From Fibrobacterota bacterium (GTDB lineage: Bacteria > Fibrobacterota > Fibrobacteria > UBA11236), in the NCBI GenBank assembly GCA_043753995.1, contig JAYUVP010000065.1, positions 1 to 42,416 of the forward strand: a stretch of 42,416 nucleotides of DNA, written 5' to 3'. The position numbers and the translations under genes are program-made. Positions 1 through 8,833 of the stretch are shown here, piece after piece. The notes beneath the pieces were generated by a model that worked only from the letters and a program-made list of their open reading frames with translations, searched no databases and was not told the origin of the DNA. The first letter of the stretch is position 1, and each line of letters opens with the position of its first letter.

Positions 1-117
1 ATCGAGATTAGCCCCAGAGTGATTGCGTTAGTGAGTGAAGGGCGCAGATGGCACCGCGACTTTGTCACTGGCTGGGTATGGTATGGACCGAAGGGTTACA
101 TTGCAGGAGGATGAGGA

Positions 118-1194
118 ATGGGTGTTTTCCAAAAAACCGCTAATCCGGCGCTGGTCATCGGCTTATTTGTTTCATTACTAGCAGGCAAGGCCATCGCGCA
201 GAACACGGAAATCCTGCTTTGGCCCCAGGGGGCACCGCTCGCAAACGGCACGATTTCCACTAGCACGGCTTCCGTGGATCGACCCAGCATTACCGCCTAC
301 CCCGCTACCAACCCCAATGGCGCCGCCATTATCGTCTTTCCCGGAGGAGGCTATTCGGGGTTGGCCACTTCCTATGAAGGCACCACTCCCGCCAAGTTCT
401 TCGCCAGCAAAGGCGTTGCGGGCTTCGTGGTCAAATACCGACTGGGTCCGACCTATCATCATCCCGTCGAGATGTGGGATGCGCAGCGAGCCATTCGTTG
501 GGTGAAGTCGAATGCGGCCAAGTACGGCATCGATACTTCGCGTGTGGGCGTGCTGGGATTCTCCGCTGGAGGGCACCTGGCCTCGACCGTTTCCACGCAT
601 TATGATGCGGGCAACTCCAGCGCCGCCGACAGTATTGACAAGCAATCGTGCCGGCCGGCATTTTCCGTTCTCGCCTATCCCGTCATCACCATGAATCAGT
701 CTTTCACTCATGGAGGTTCTCGCACGAATCTCCTGGGGAACAATCCCAGCCAGGCCCTTGTCGATTCCCTATCGAATGAAAAGCAGGTCGCCGACAATAC
801 ACCCCCGGCCTTTCTTTTCCACTCCAAAGATGATGGCGTGGTGCCTATTCGTAATTCGAAGGCCTATTACGATTCCTGCCTGAAAAAAGGAGTGCCAGCC
901 TCCTTCATGATATTTGATAAAGGCGGGCATGGTTATGGGATGGCCGACGGCAAAGAAGGGGCGGCATTAGACCCCGTCCTCAATACTTGGTGCGACTCCA
1001 GCGTGAAGTGGCTCGACAAGCAGGGACTCTTCAAGCCTAAGACCACGGCGCTTATCCCATCGGCTCGAGGCCATCTCAACCGATCCGCGCCTCGCGACCT
1101 TTCCGTGCTGCCGTTGCAAGGGTTGGATGTCCCAACCTCCGACGCGCTCGGACGTCGCCCGAAGGGGATGCGGGCTGCTTTGGATGGGAAATAG
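118..1194 (+). CDS. Secreted alpha/beta hydrolase (BD-FAE / acetylxylan esterase-like)
   Basis: Signal peptide (AIA|Q), PGGGY oxyanion motif, GFSAGG nucleophile elbow, D..V and GGHGYG triad motifs, short C-terminal tail ending SDALGRR. Confidence 0.85.
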   Translation: MGVFQKTANPALVIGLFVSLLAGKAIAQNTEILLWPQGAPLANGTISTSTASVDRPSITAYPATNPNGAAIIVFPGGGYSGLATSYEGTTPAKFFASKGVAGFVVKYRLGPTYHHPVEMWDAQRAIRWVKSNAAKYGIDTSRVGVLGFSAGGHLASTVSTHYDAGNSSAADSIDKQSCRPAFSVLAYPVITMNQSFTHGGSRTNLLGNNPSQALVDSLSNEKQVADNTPPAFLFHSKDDGVVPIRNSKAYYDSCLKKGVPASFMIFDKGGHGYGMADGKEGAALDPVLNTWCDSSVKWLDKQGLFKPKTTALIPSARGHLNRSAPRDLSVLPLQGLDVPTSDALGRRPKGMRAALDGK

Positions 1195-1234
1195 ATCTTA
1201 GCCGCAGGCTATTAAATTCCTTCCCAGCGAAGGA

Positions 1235-2416
1235 ATGTTCATGGAAAATCACGCTTCACTCGAATACGGCAAACCGACACGCGCCCAGGCAGTCACCTTT
1301 GTCAAGCTTTCCGGGCAAGCCTTTGCCTTCGACCCGACGCAATGGCTAAACTCGCTAGGGGATGACGGGTGGAGCAATATCCGCACGCTGACCGATGGCG
1401 ACAAGGTCATGGCGGGGTTGGTTTTCCACCCTACGGCGCAATGGTTCTCTGGATCACGATTGCCTTGCAATGTGATAGCCTCGGTATTCTCCGCTGCCGA
1501 AGCGCGCCGGCAAAAGCTCGGCTACAGGGTTATGCTGCATGGCTTGCGAGAAACCCGCGCTGCAGGTGTGCCACTCGCCCTGCTCTTCGCGTCGACACCG
1601 GCCTTTTACCGCACGCTCGGCTTTGAGCCCGCCGGGCAGCGCCTGTTTTGGAAGGCGCCCATGCATCAGCTCCCGACCCAAACGGAAGGCGCGCAATTCC
1701 TACCCACGGGCCCTGACGAGCAAGGCGCACTGCATGAGCTTTATACGCGCTATGCGAAGGGCAATGCGGGGCTCATTGATCGCACGGATCACTTTTGGCG
1801 TTATCACCTGAACCCTTATGACGGTTCGACGGTCTACGCCTACCGCATCGAATTCGATGGCTCGTTAGAGGGCTATGTATCGCTGCGGCAGGCGCGTGCC
1901 AATCGCACCCTGATGGTGCAAGACGCCGTCACGACGACGACGCGCTCCGCGCGTGCACTATTGGCTTTCTTGTCACACCACCAGTCCGTGGCCGATTCCG
2001 TTATTTTCCCCGATGCCCCGCAAGGCACGCTTCACAAGCTGATCGCCACCAATGGCGCCCGTATGGAGCCAACCTGTGAAGAGTGGTTGCTGCGAGTCGT
2101 CAACGTGCAGACGGCTCTTGAGCAGCGCGGTTATCCCCCGCTGGATGCGAGGTTTGAGATCGATGTCGAGGATTCTGCCATGCCCGAGAATTCGGGCCGC
2201 TATGTATTCGAACTCGCCAATAGTCAGGCCCGCGTGCGAAGCGGGGGCGATGGACGATTGAAACTAGACGTGCGCGCGCTCTCGGCGATCTTTTCTGGCT
2301 TTTCGCATCCGAGCGAATGCGAAGCCATTGGGCTTGTTCAGGGATCGGCGCGGGACCTAGCGCTTTTCGGTGCCGTCTTTGCTGGACCCCGGCCTACCAT
2401 GCTGGATTCGTTTTGA
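1235..2416 (+). CDS. Eis-like GNAT acetyltransferase with C-terminal SCP2-like domain
   Basis: V..AAEARRQKLG acetyl-CoA motif, FYRTLGFE, LLRVVNVQTALEQRGY, and a C-terminal LDVRALSAIFSG...DSF end typical of the Eis family. Confidence 0.88.
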   Translation: MFMENHASLEYGKPTRAQAVTFVKLSGQAFAFDPTQWLNSLGDDGWSNIRTLTDGDKVMAGLVFHPTAQWFSGSRLPCNVIASVFSAAEARRQKLGYRVMLHGLRETRAAGVPLALLFASTPAFYRTLGFEPAGQRLFWKAPMHQLPTQTEGAQFLPTGPDEQGALHELYTRYAKGNAGLIDRTDHFWRYHLNPYDGSTVYAYRIEFDGSLEGYVSLRQARANRTLMVQDAVTTTTRSARALLAFLSHHQSVADSVIFPDAPQGTLHKLIATNGARMEPTCEEWLLRVVNVQTALEQRGYPPLDARFEIDVEDSAMPENSGRYVFELANSQARVRSGGDGRLKLDVRALSAIFSGFSHPSECEAIGLVQGSARDLALFGAVFAGPRPTMLDSF

Positions 2417-2435
2417 AGTGAAAGGAGCATGCCCC

Positions 2436-2574
2436 ATGCGAAACTTATTCTGCCTTTTCCTGATTGCTGTGGCTTAAGCTTCGGCCCAAAATACCTCCGC
2501 CGAAAAAGCGGACCACCTTGTTCCTGGGCGCTCCCCGCGCGCCGGGAATAGACGTAACTCCAAGGTAACGTATT
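2436..2574 (+). pseudogene. Remnant 5' end of a secreted-protein gene
   Basis: AAAGGAG RBS, then MRNLFCLFLIAVA*ASAQN...: a signal peptide interrupted by in-frame TAA at 2475-2477, running into repeat copy 1. Confidence 0.4.
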
Positions 2575-2697
2575 CCCCGCTTCTCTTCGGAGGAATGTGC
2601 GGGGGAAGGCGAGGCCGACAAGGGCGGCAGGGGCAATGCGGGCCGAGCCTGGGGGGCATTTGGGTAACCCGGAAGGAAGGGGCTGAGCCCCCCGGAA
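2575..2697 (+). repeat. Dispersed structured intergenic repeat, copy 1
   Basis: Contains GGGGAAGGCGAGGCCGACAA...GGCCGAGCCTGGGGGG...GAGCCCCCC, shared with four other loci. Its 5' C(TTCG)G hairpin is extended. Confidence 0.92.
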
Positions 2698-3248
2698 TAC
2701 AGGGTAAAGATTCCCGAATCGTCATTGACGATGCAGGGACGGTGGATATGTCGTCGCGGGCATAGAGGGATTCGAGGTTGTTAGTCCATGCGCCATATAA
2801 ATCAAAACCTATTTACATGGAACACCAGCCTTTGATATCGCCGAAACTCCCGACTCGGGTTTCGTTCTGGTCGGAACCGGGCCAGGCTCCGACTTCGTGT
2901 TCGGAAGCATCCTGAAGGTCGACCAAAGTGGAGGCATCGTTTAGTCCAATGAATACCGGTCCCATCCTAACAGCGAGCTGACAGAAACGGGTGGATTTTT
3001 CGTGACTGGATCCGGGTTCGAAAGAGGTGTTTATGATTTCCAAGCATAAATCTTTGAGTTCGATGGATACGAAGCACCTTTACGCCAGTTTTTTTGGAGG
3101 GGGCACCACGATGCTTGTCACATGCATCACCCCATCATGCGTGTTTTTCGAGACGAATGAATCCGAGTGAGGCCCATGGATTAGCGAGGAAATCCGTGCT
3201 GGGTTGAACGGGACGCCTCCAGTTCGGGCTGAATGCCCGTTCGTCCCA

Positions 3249-3545
3249 TCAGCTTTTAGGAAGTGCGTCTACTGGCCCGGTAACCGTGAAGATAAGGGGC
3301 ACTCCTTCGATCTCCCGGGGCAGACGCACCGTGACGCCAGCATCCACCACGCCGACCACCAACGCTTCACCGCCTGGGGGCCCTTGGCCGATACCAACCG
3401 AAGTCACGCCCTCAATGGCCAGCAACCTTGCCTCATGGCGCGCCAGTAACCCTGCAAGCCCACTCGCTGGAGTAACCGAAGCCGGGCTGTATTCAACCGG
3501 GCCAGAACCGGAGAAGTCCGGAGTCGGATGGGGAATGTCGGTCAT
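3249..3545 (-). CDS. Small protein resembling the prodomain of the adjacent protease
   Basis: GGAGG RBS before ATG 3545. GVTSVGIG...LPREIEGVP...GPVDAL aligns by eye with GIVGVGIG...SMPV...GAVDAY in 3619..4812. Confidence 0.7.
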   Translation of the reverse strand: MTDIPHPTPDFSGSGPVEYSPASVTPASGLAGLLARHEARLLAIEGVTSVGIGQGPPGGEALVVGVVDAGVTVRLPREIEGVPLIFTVTGPVDALPKS

Positions 3546-3618
3546 GGCGCCTCCACAATAGGACATCCTTAAGATAGACGGTTGACTGCCCCTCCGGGTG
3601 GGGCAGCCAGCGCTATCG

Positions 3619-4812
3619 TTACGGGAGCAACCGGATATTCAATGCTGCGAGTACGGAACCTATCGGGTTCGCGAAAGTGACGCCGCCGCCACCCGCGAAC
3701 AGGAGGCCAACAGGTCGCATTCCGGCCGCCCAGTGCCAGATGAGCGAGCCGGAATCGCCGCCAGCCGAGAACGGGGCGGAGTTGACCGACTGGATTGCGA
3801 TTTGGTTGCGGAACAACGCTACGCCCCTACCAGGGTAGTTGACGTTCACCGAAACCCCGATCTGGGTCACACGCCCCTGGGTCAGTCCAGTCGTGCGGCC
3901 GCTTTTACCCACGATCAGGCCAGGCGACGCCACAAGCGGTACCGTGCCCGTGCGGTAATAGGCTGGCCTGCCGCCAGCCAGATAATACTGCTCGCCACGG
4001 ATGCGGTCATGCCATGCCCATCCGAACGCGGCATCGACGAAGTTCGGCGCACCGCCGAAAATAATCGGGACCCACCGCCCCAGCACCGCGATCTGGTCGC
4101 CCGGATGCCGACCGCCATCGGCGGCGCCTGGCTGAATGATGCTGTCGCTCACCCGTCCGGCATTTGAATTCGCCAGCACATGGTTGTTGCTGAGGATCAG
4201 GTGGCGATTGTTCCATGGAGCCGTTAAGCCGATCGCGCGGCTGCCGAGTGTGCCTGCCGTAACGTTTACGTGACCAACCGACACACCGCTCGGAGCGGGG
4301 CGATGACGGGCGCGGTGCGAATAGGCGTCGACCGCGCCGACCGTCACCTGCTGCACCGGCATGCTAGACAAGGCGCGCGTCCCGGCGCTTTGCGCAAGCA
4401 GGCTCAAGAGCTCGTCCTGCGGAAGCGCGCTCTCGGTGAATAGTGTTAAGGTCGGCTCACCGGGCCCTCCCACACCGAAGGCTAGGCTGTCGGGATCGGG
4501 GAGGCCGATGCCGACACCAACAATGCCGTTGGTCGACGGAGCGTCAGATAGGGCGGAGAACTCGCCCGACGCGGCAAGAAGCGTGGCCTCCACTGCGTCG
4601 CGAAGGGCGAGCAAATCGTCCGAGACCCCTGCTTCGGCGAAGACGGCTTGCTGTTCCGCCTCGTGGCTCAGCGCATCAAGATTGGCGGAGGACGCGTCCG
4701 GGTTCTCGGGACCACCCGCCGTCGATTTACCAACGGGTTGGCCACCACCACCGGCGTCGTCACCTTCCCCGGGATTTTCAGTTCGAATAGTTTCGCTTTT
4801 CTTGTTTGCCAT
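3619..4812 (-). CDS. Trypsin-like (S1, Nal1-like) serine protease with N-terminal prodomain
   Basis: GTLG, LSNNHV (His), VDAA (Asp) and GDSGS (Ser) motifs; AAAGGAGG RBS; no signal peptide. Confidence 0.88.
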   Translation of the reverse strand: MANKKSETIRTENPGEGDDAGGGGQPVGKSTAGGPENPDASSANLDALSHEAEQQAVFAEAGVSDDLLALRDAVEATLLAASGEFSALSDAPSTNGIVGVGIGLPDPDSLAFGVGGPGEPTLTLFTESALPQDELLSLLAQSAGTRALSSMPVQQVTVGAVDAYSHRARHRPAPSGVSVGHVNVTAGTLGSRAIGLTAPWNNRHLILSNNHVLANSNAGRVSDSIIQPGAADGGRHPGDQIAVLGRWVPIIFGGAPNFVDAAFGWAWHDRIRGEQYYLAGGRPAYYRTGTVPLVASPGLIVGKSGRTTGLTQGRVTQIGVSVNVNYPGRGVALFRNQIAIQSVNSAPFSAGGDSGSLIWHWAAGMRPVGLLFAGGGGVTFANPIGSVLAALNIRLLP

Positions 4813-5054
4813 AATCGCACCTCCTTTGAATCTGGTTGACTACGACGGACCAGTTAGATTCATCGGAAATACGTGGCGTAACTAAATTTTTTTGAGTTAA
4901 AAGTTTTTGATTCTGCTCTCGCGCGCGCTCTGGTTTCAGAATGACCCACATGCGCCATCTGCAATTGGAAGCCAACAGCCCCGAATACAAAATTGTATGG
5001 TGAATGGTGATTGATATAACATCATGTCGTGGAAATGGTGCTCAGCGATTCCAG

Positions 5055-5164
5055 CGCTTCTCTTCGGGGGAAGGCGAGGCCGACAAGGGCGGCAGGGCAA
5101 AGCAGGCCGAGCCTGGGGGGGCGTTTGGGTAACCCGGAAGGAAGTGGCTGAACCCCCCGGAAAA
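5055..5164 (+). repeat. Dispersed structured intergenic repeat, copy 2
   Basis: Near-identical to the copy 1 core; lies between divergent genes. Confidence 0.92.
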
Positions 5165-5318
5165 CCGAAGTCATCAGGCATTTCCAAGGCAATTCCAGAT
5201 AACCTATTTTCTCGACTCTGATTCCGGGGTTTTTGCCTTGGCTCCGATTGGACTCACGATCTTATTGTGTAAAACGTCACTTTTATCACCCTTCGCAACC
5301 AAAAACCTGGAGCATCCC

Positions 5319-6413
5319 TTGAGCAACACTATCAAAAATCTCTTCGAACCCTACAGCATGGGCAATACCACGCTGAGCAATCGCTTGGTCATGAATCCCA
5401 TGACGCGTTGCCGCGCGGATGCGGCAGGCACGCCGCAAGATCCGATGGCGGAGTACTATGGCCAGCGCGCCACGGCCGGTTTGATTGTCTCGGAAGGCAT
5501 CGCGCCTTCGGCAAACGGCAAGGGTTATGCCCGAATCCCCGGCCTATGGAGCGAGGAACAGGTGCAAGCCTGGAAGCCCGTGGTGAAGGCCGTGCATGCT
5601 AAGGGCGGTAAGATCTTTGCGCAACTGATGCATACAGGGCGCGTCAGCCATCCGGCTAATATGGCTGCAGGCACAAAAATTGTGGCACCCAGCGCCGTGG
5701 CCCTGGCTGAAAAGATGTACACCGACTCCCTGGGCATGCAAGACTATCCTGTGCCACAAGTCATGACCGAAGCCGACATCTCCCAGGCCAAGGCCGAGTT
5801 TGTGCAGGCCGCCAAGAATGCCATCGCCGCCGGTTTTGACGGTGTCGAATTGCATGGCGCCAACGGCTACTTGCTGGAACAATTCCTGAGCCCCACGACC
5901 AATCAGCGCACCGACGCCTGGGGTGGCAGCGTCGAAAAGCGCATCCGATTCGTAGTGGACGTGGCCCGCGAAACGGCGGCTGCCATTGGCGGTGACAAGC
6001 TCGGCATTCGCCTATCGCCTTATGGCACCAACTCCGGCATGGTGGCTTACCCCGAGGTGGAAGAGACTTATTTCAAACTGCTGGCCTTGTTAGCCGAGGC
6101 GGGCCTGGTCTATGTGCATATCGCGGATCACAGCGCGATGGGTGCGCCCGCAATTCCTGCCACGTTCAAGCAAGCGCTGCGCAAGGCTTGGCCACGGACC
6201 TTCTTCATCGGCGGCAGCTTTGATCAGACCTCGGGTGAGCAGGCGGTGAAGGATGGACTGGTGGACCTAGTCGGTCTGGGCCGCGCCTTCCTGGCGAACC
6301 CGGATTTGGTGCAGCGCATGCAAAAGGGCCAGGACTTGAATGCGCCGGATATGGGCAGCTTATTTACACCGGGTGCCAAGGGGTATACGGACTATCCGGT
6401 GGCTATGGCTTAA
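5319..6413 (+). CDS. nemA: Old yellow enzyme / NemA-like alkene reductase
   Basis: PMTRCRA, YYGQRA, QLMHTGR, GFDGVELHGANGYL and GRAFLANPDL motifs. Probable TTG start at 5319 after GGAG. Confidence 0.9.
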   Translation: MSNTIKNLFEPYSMGNTTLSNRLVMNPMTRCRADAAGTPQDPMAEYYGQRATAGLIVSEGIAPSANGKGYARIPGLWSEEQVQAWKPVVKAVHAKGGKIFAQLMHTGRVSHPANMAAGTKIVAPSAVALAEKMYTDSLGMQDYPVPQVMTEADISQAKAEFVQAAKNAIAAGFDGVELHGANGYLLEQFLSPTTNQRTDAWGGSVEKRIRFVVDVARETAAAIGGDKLGIRLSPYGTNSGMVAYPEVEETYFKLLALLAEAGLVYVHIADHSAMGAPAIPATFKQALRKAWPRTFFIGGSFDQTSGEQAVKDGLVDLVGLGRAFLANPDLVQRMQKGQDLNAPDMGSLFTPGAKGYTDYPVAMA

Positions 6414-6426
6414 AACGACTTAGCCC

Positions 6427-6454
6427 GATTGGGTAACTTACCGGTTACCCAATC
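6427..6454. terminator. Hairpin between convergent genes
   Basis: Perfect 11-bp inverted repeat GATTGGGTAAC / GTTACCCAATC just after the OYE stop codon; no clear U-tract. Confidence 0.5.
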
Positions 6455-6509
6455 CAACCGGCGATTTCGGCCCAGTTTTTGTCTGGGCTTGAGTCGACGG
6501 ATGTCATCG

Positions 6510-6968
6510 TTATGTTTTCTTTTGTTTGGTTTTCTTTCCATCTGTTTCTGAAGCCAGCATGTCAGCGTGACGATGAATCAGCTTCCACTCGTCGTCTTCG
6601 CGGCGGAACACCTCGGTGATGCGCAGACTCATCGGCGTGGCCTTGGGACTCTTACCCATGAAGACGGTAGCCTGCTGCAAGCCCACCCAGTAAGCAAGGC
6701 CATTGCTGGCTCCCATGTGCAGAATCTTCAGCTTACTTTTGCCGCCGGCCTGGAATGGCTCGGCACCGCGCTCGTACGTGGACCCTACTTTCTTAGCACC
6801 CTCGACGTGGCCTCCCATTGGGCCGAAGAAGCTTGCCGGAGAGTCCTGGGTGGAGAGGCGGCCGACTGGCGCCGAGTCCCCGCTCACGTAAGCTTTTGCG
6901 GCCGCTTCGCGCTGCTTCATGAACTGCTCGAATCCCGGTAGATCTTTATTCGTCGTTGCTTTCTTCAT
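6510..6968 (-). CDS. NTF2/SnoaL-like (YybH/DUF4440-type) protein
   Basis: C-terminal LRITEVFRREDDEWKLIHRHAD motif; ATG 6968 follows a purine-rich RBS. Confidence 0.82.
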   Translation of the reverse strand: MKKATTNKDLPGFEQFMKQREAAAKAYVSGDSAPVGRLSTQDSPASFFGPMGGHVEGAKKVGSTYERGAEPFQAGGKSKLKILHMGASNGLAYWVGLQQATVFMGKSPKATPMSLRITEVFRREDDEWKLIHRHADMLASETDGKKTKQKKT

Positions 6969-7094
6969 CCTCTTCTCCAATTCATTATTCGCAATTCTGA
7001 TTGTTATTGAAATAAATTCAAACTGTCACAATTGAAGTGGGGTGAAGGCCCTATTCCCGTGCTGCTCGGGGACGCAGATAATTATTCTTTGGCC

Positions 7095-7496
7095 ATGGCC
7101 GCGAAAAAAAGTCCCCACGCGAAACAAGAAGCAGAACTCCGTAAAGTCGGGATGGCTTTCCCCGAAACCACCGAAGATTTTCCCTGGGGTCACCGCGCTT
7201 TGAAGGTCAAAGGCAAAGCCTTTGTTTTCATGTCCGGTGAAGAAGGGGAATTGAGTCTTTCTATGAAGCTCCCCGATTCCCGCGACTTCGCCTTAATGCA
7301 ATCTTTCGCTACCCCGACTGGTTACGGCCTCGGTAAAAGCGGCTGGGTGACGGCCCGGTTTGGCACGAAGGACAAGGTTCCCGTGGCTTTGCTTGCGGAA
7401 TGGATGCGGGAAAGTTACCGGGCCATCGCTCCAAAAAAACTGGCCGCGCTGCTCGCTGGTGAACCCATCGTCCAAAAGCGTAAAGGCCGGGATTGA
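7095..7496 (+). CDS. MmcQ/YjbR family protein
   Basis: [31 protein letters not shown] and [11 protein letters not shown] motifs. Confidence 0.88.
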   Translation: MAAKKSPHAKQEAELRKVGMAFPETTEDFPWGHRALKVKGKAFVFMSGEEGELSLSMKLPDSRDFALMQSFATPTGYGLGKSGWVTARFGTKDKVPVALLAEWMRESYRAIAPKKLAALLAGEPIVQKRKGRD

Positions 7497-7628
7497 ACCG
7501 TGCTACCATCCAGGAACAGAGTGGGGACGATGTGTACTCGTCGGCAATGGGGGACTTGCCTTTTTTAGGCTCCTAATACTTCTATACTAGGAACCTAGGA
7601 AGGATTGAATCCTTAGGAGGACGAGGCG

Positions 7629-8648
7629 ATGAAGAATAACCGTAGAGATTTCCTGAAATTCTCGGGCATGATGGGAGCTGTTTCTTTACTGCCGGCACGG
7701 ATCGCCGTAGCAGAATCCGGCTCCTCCAAGTCCTCCGCGGCGGGCACCTGCACCCTGATCCCAAGTGAAACCGGCGGCCCATTCCCGCTAGACTTGACGG
7801 CGAACAATGCCTTTTTCCGGAAGGACATCCGAGAGTCCAAAACCGGGGTCCCGTTGAATCTAAAACTGAAAATACTCGGTGTCGGGAATTGCTCTCCCTT
7901 GCCTAACCTTCGCGTAAATGTGTGGCATTGCGACAAGGATGGGAATTATTCGGGTTACGACAATCAGATGAATCCCGGGCAAGCCGGACTCACCTATCTA
8001 CGGGGCTATCAAGTCACGGATGATAACGGGGAAGTCGAATTCACGACGATATTTCCCGGTTGGTACCAGGGTCGCATTTGCCACATTCATTTCCAAGTTT
8101 ATGTCAGTTCATCCTATGCGGCGGTTTCGCAATTGACCTTCGATATAGCCGCGAAGAATGCGCTGTATGCAGCGAATCCATCCTTGTACACCAAGGGAGC
8201 GGACCCGACAACTTTAAGCGGAGACAATGTTTTCTCCGACGGCTATGCCGTGCAGACGGCGACCCTCACCGCCAATGCATCGGGAGGATATGACTCCTCC
8301 ATGGAAGTTTCCATCCAAGGCAATGGCACGCTGGGAGTGGGACATCTCGAAAAAGAGAACGCCAAGCAATTCGCTCTCGGTCAATCTTTCCCTAATCCGA
8401 TTACCGGCGAAGTTAGGGTTCCATTCACCTTGAAGCAGCGTTCCGATGTCGTGCTGGATATCCGGGATCTTTCGGGGAAGGTGATCGCGTCCGTTTCTGA
8501 AAGGGGAATGGTGGCGGGAGCGCATGATCTCAAGATCGTACTCTCGGATCGAAGCCTGAAATCCGGCAATTATTTATACCAGTTGGAAGTCACGAATAAC
8601 TCCGGAAAATTCACCGAGTTCCGGAGAATGATTTCCATCCGGCCTTGA
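7629..8648 (+). CDS. Tat-exported intradiol dioxygenase-like protein with T9SS-type C-terminal domain
   Basis: RRDFLK Tat motif; GPFP, VWHCD..G.YSGY, LRGYQ and TIFPGWY.GR.CHIH (Tyr/Tyr/His/His iron ligands); C-terminal LGQSFPNP...DLSGK...GNYLYQL. Confidence 0.88.
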   Translation: MKNNRRDFLKFSGMMGAVSLLPARIAVAESGSSKSSAAGTCTLIPSETGGPFPLDLTANNAFFRKDIRESKTGVPLNLKLKILGVGNCSPLPNLRVNVWHCDKDGNYSGYDNQMNPGQAGLTYLRGYQVTDDNGEVEFTTIFPGWYQGRICHIHFQVYVSSSYAAVSQLTFDIAAKNALYAANPSLYTKGADPTTLSGDNVFSDGYAVQTATLTANASGGYDSSMEVSIQGNGTLGVGHLEKENAKQFALGQSFPNPITGEVRVPFTLKQRSDVVLDIRDLSGKVIASVSERGMVAGAHDLKIVLSDRSLKSGNYLYQLEVTNNSGKFTEFRRMISIRP

Positions 8649-8833
8649 TGGGTTTCAATCGGGCGGAGATATCGTTTACCGGGGAACTTTCGACTTGTCG
8701 GAAATGCCAGCTTTCCTGAAGTAGGTGCCGGTATATTGCTCCTACAACCTTCTTAAGGGACGGAAACGTCCTTCCTAGGCCGTTTCAATCGGGAATTGCT
8801 TTGCGATGAAGGTATTACGGGAAGGGACAATCC

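Noticed and set aside
2813..3125. Minus-strand 76 aa ORF that could extend upstream through one stop codon
   Set aside because: No recognisable motif or RBS; cannot be distinguished from a chance ORF or a decayed gene.
8652..8793. Two copies of GTTTCAATCGGG (8652 and 8782), resembling the start of a CRISPR repeat
   Set aside because: Only 12 bp, two copies 130 bp apart, no further repeat similarity and no cas genes. At most a regulatory site.
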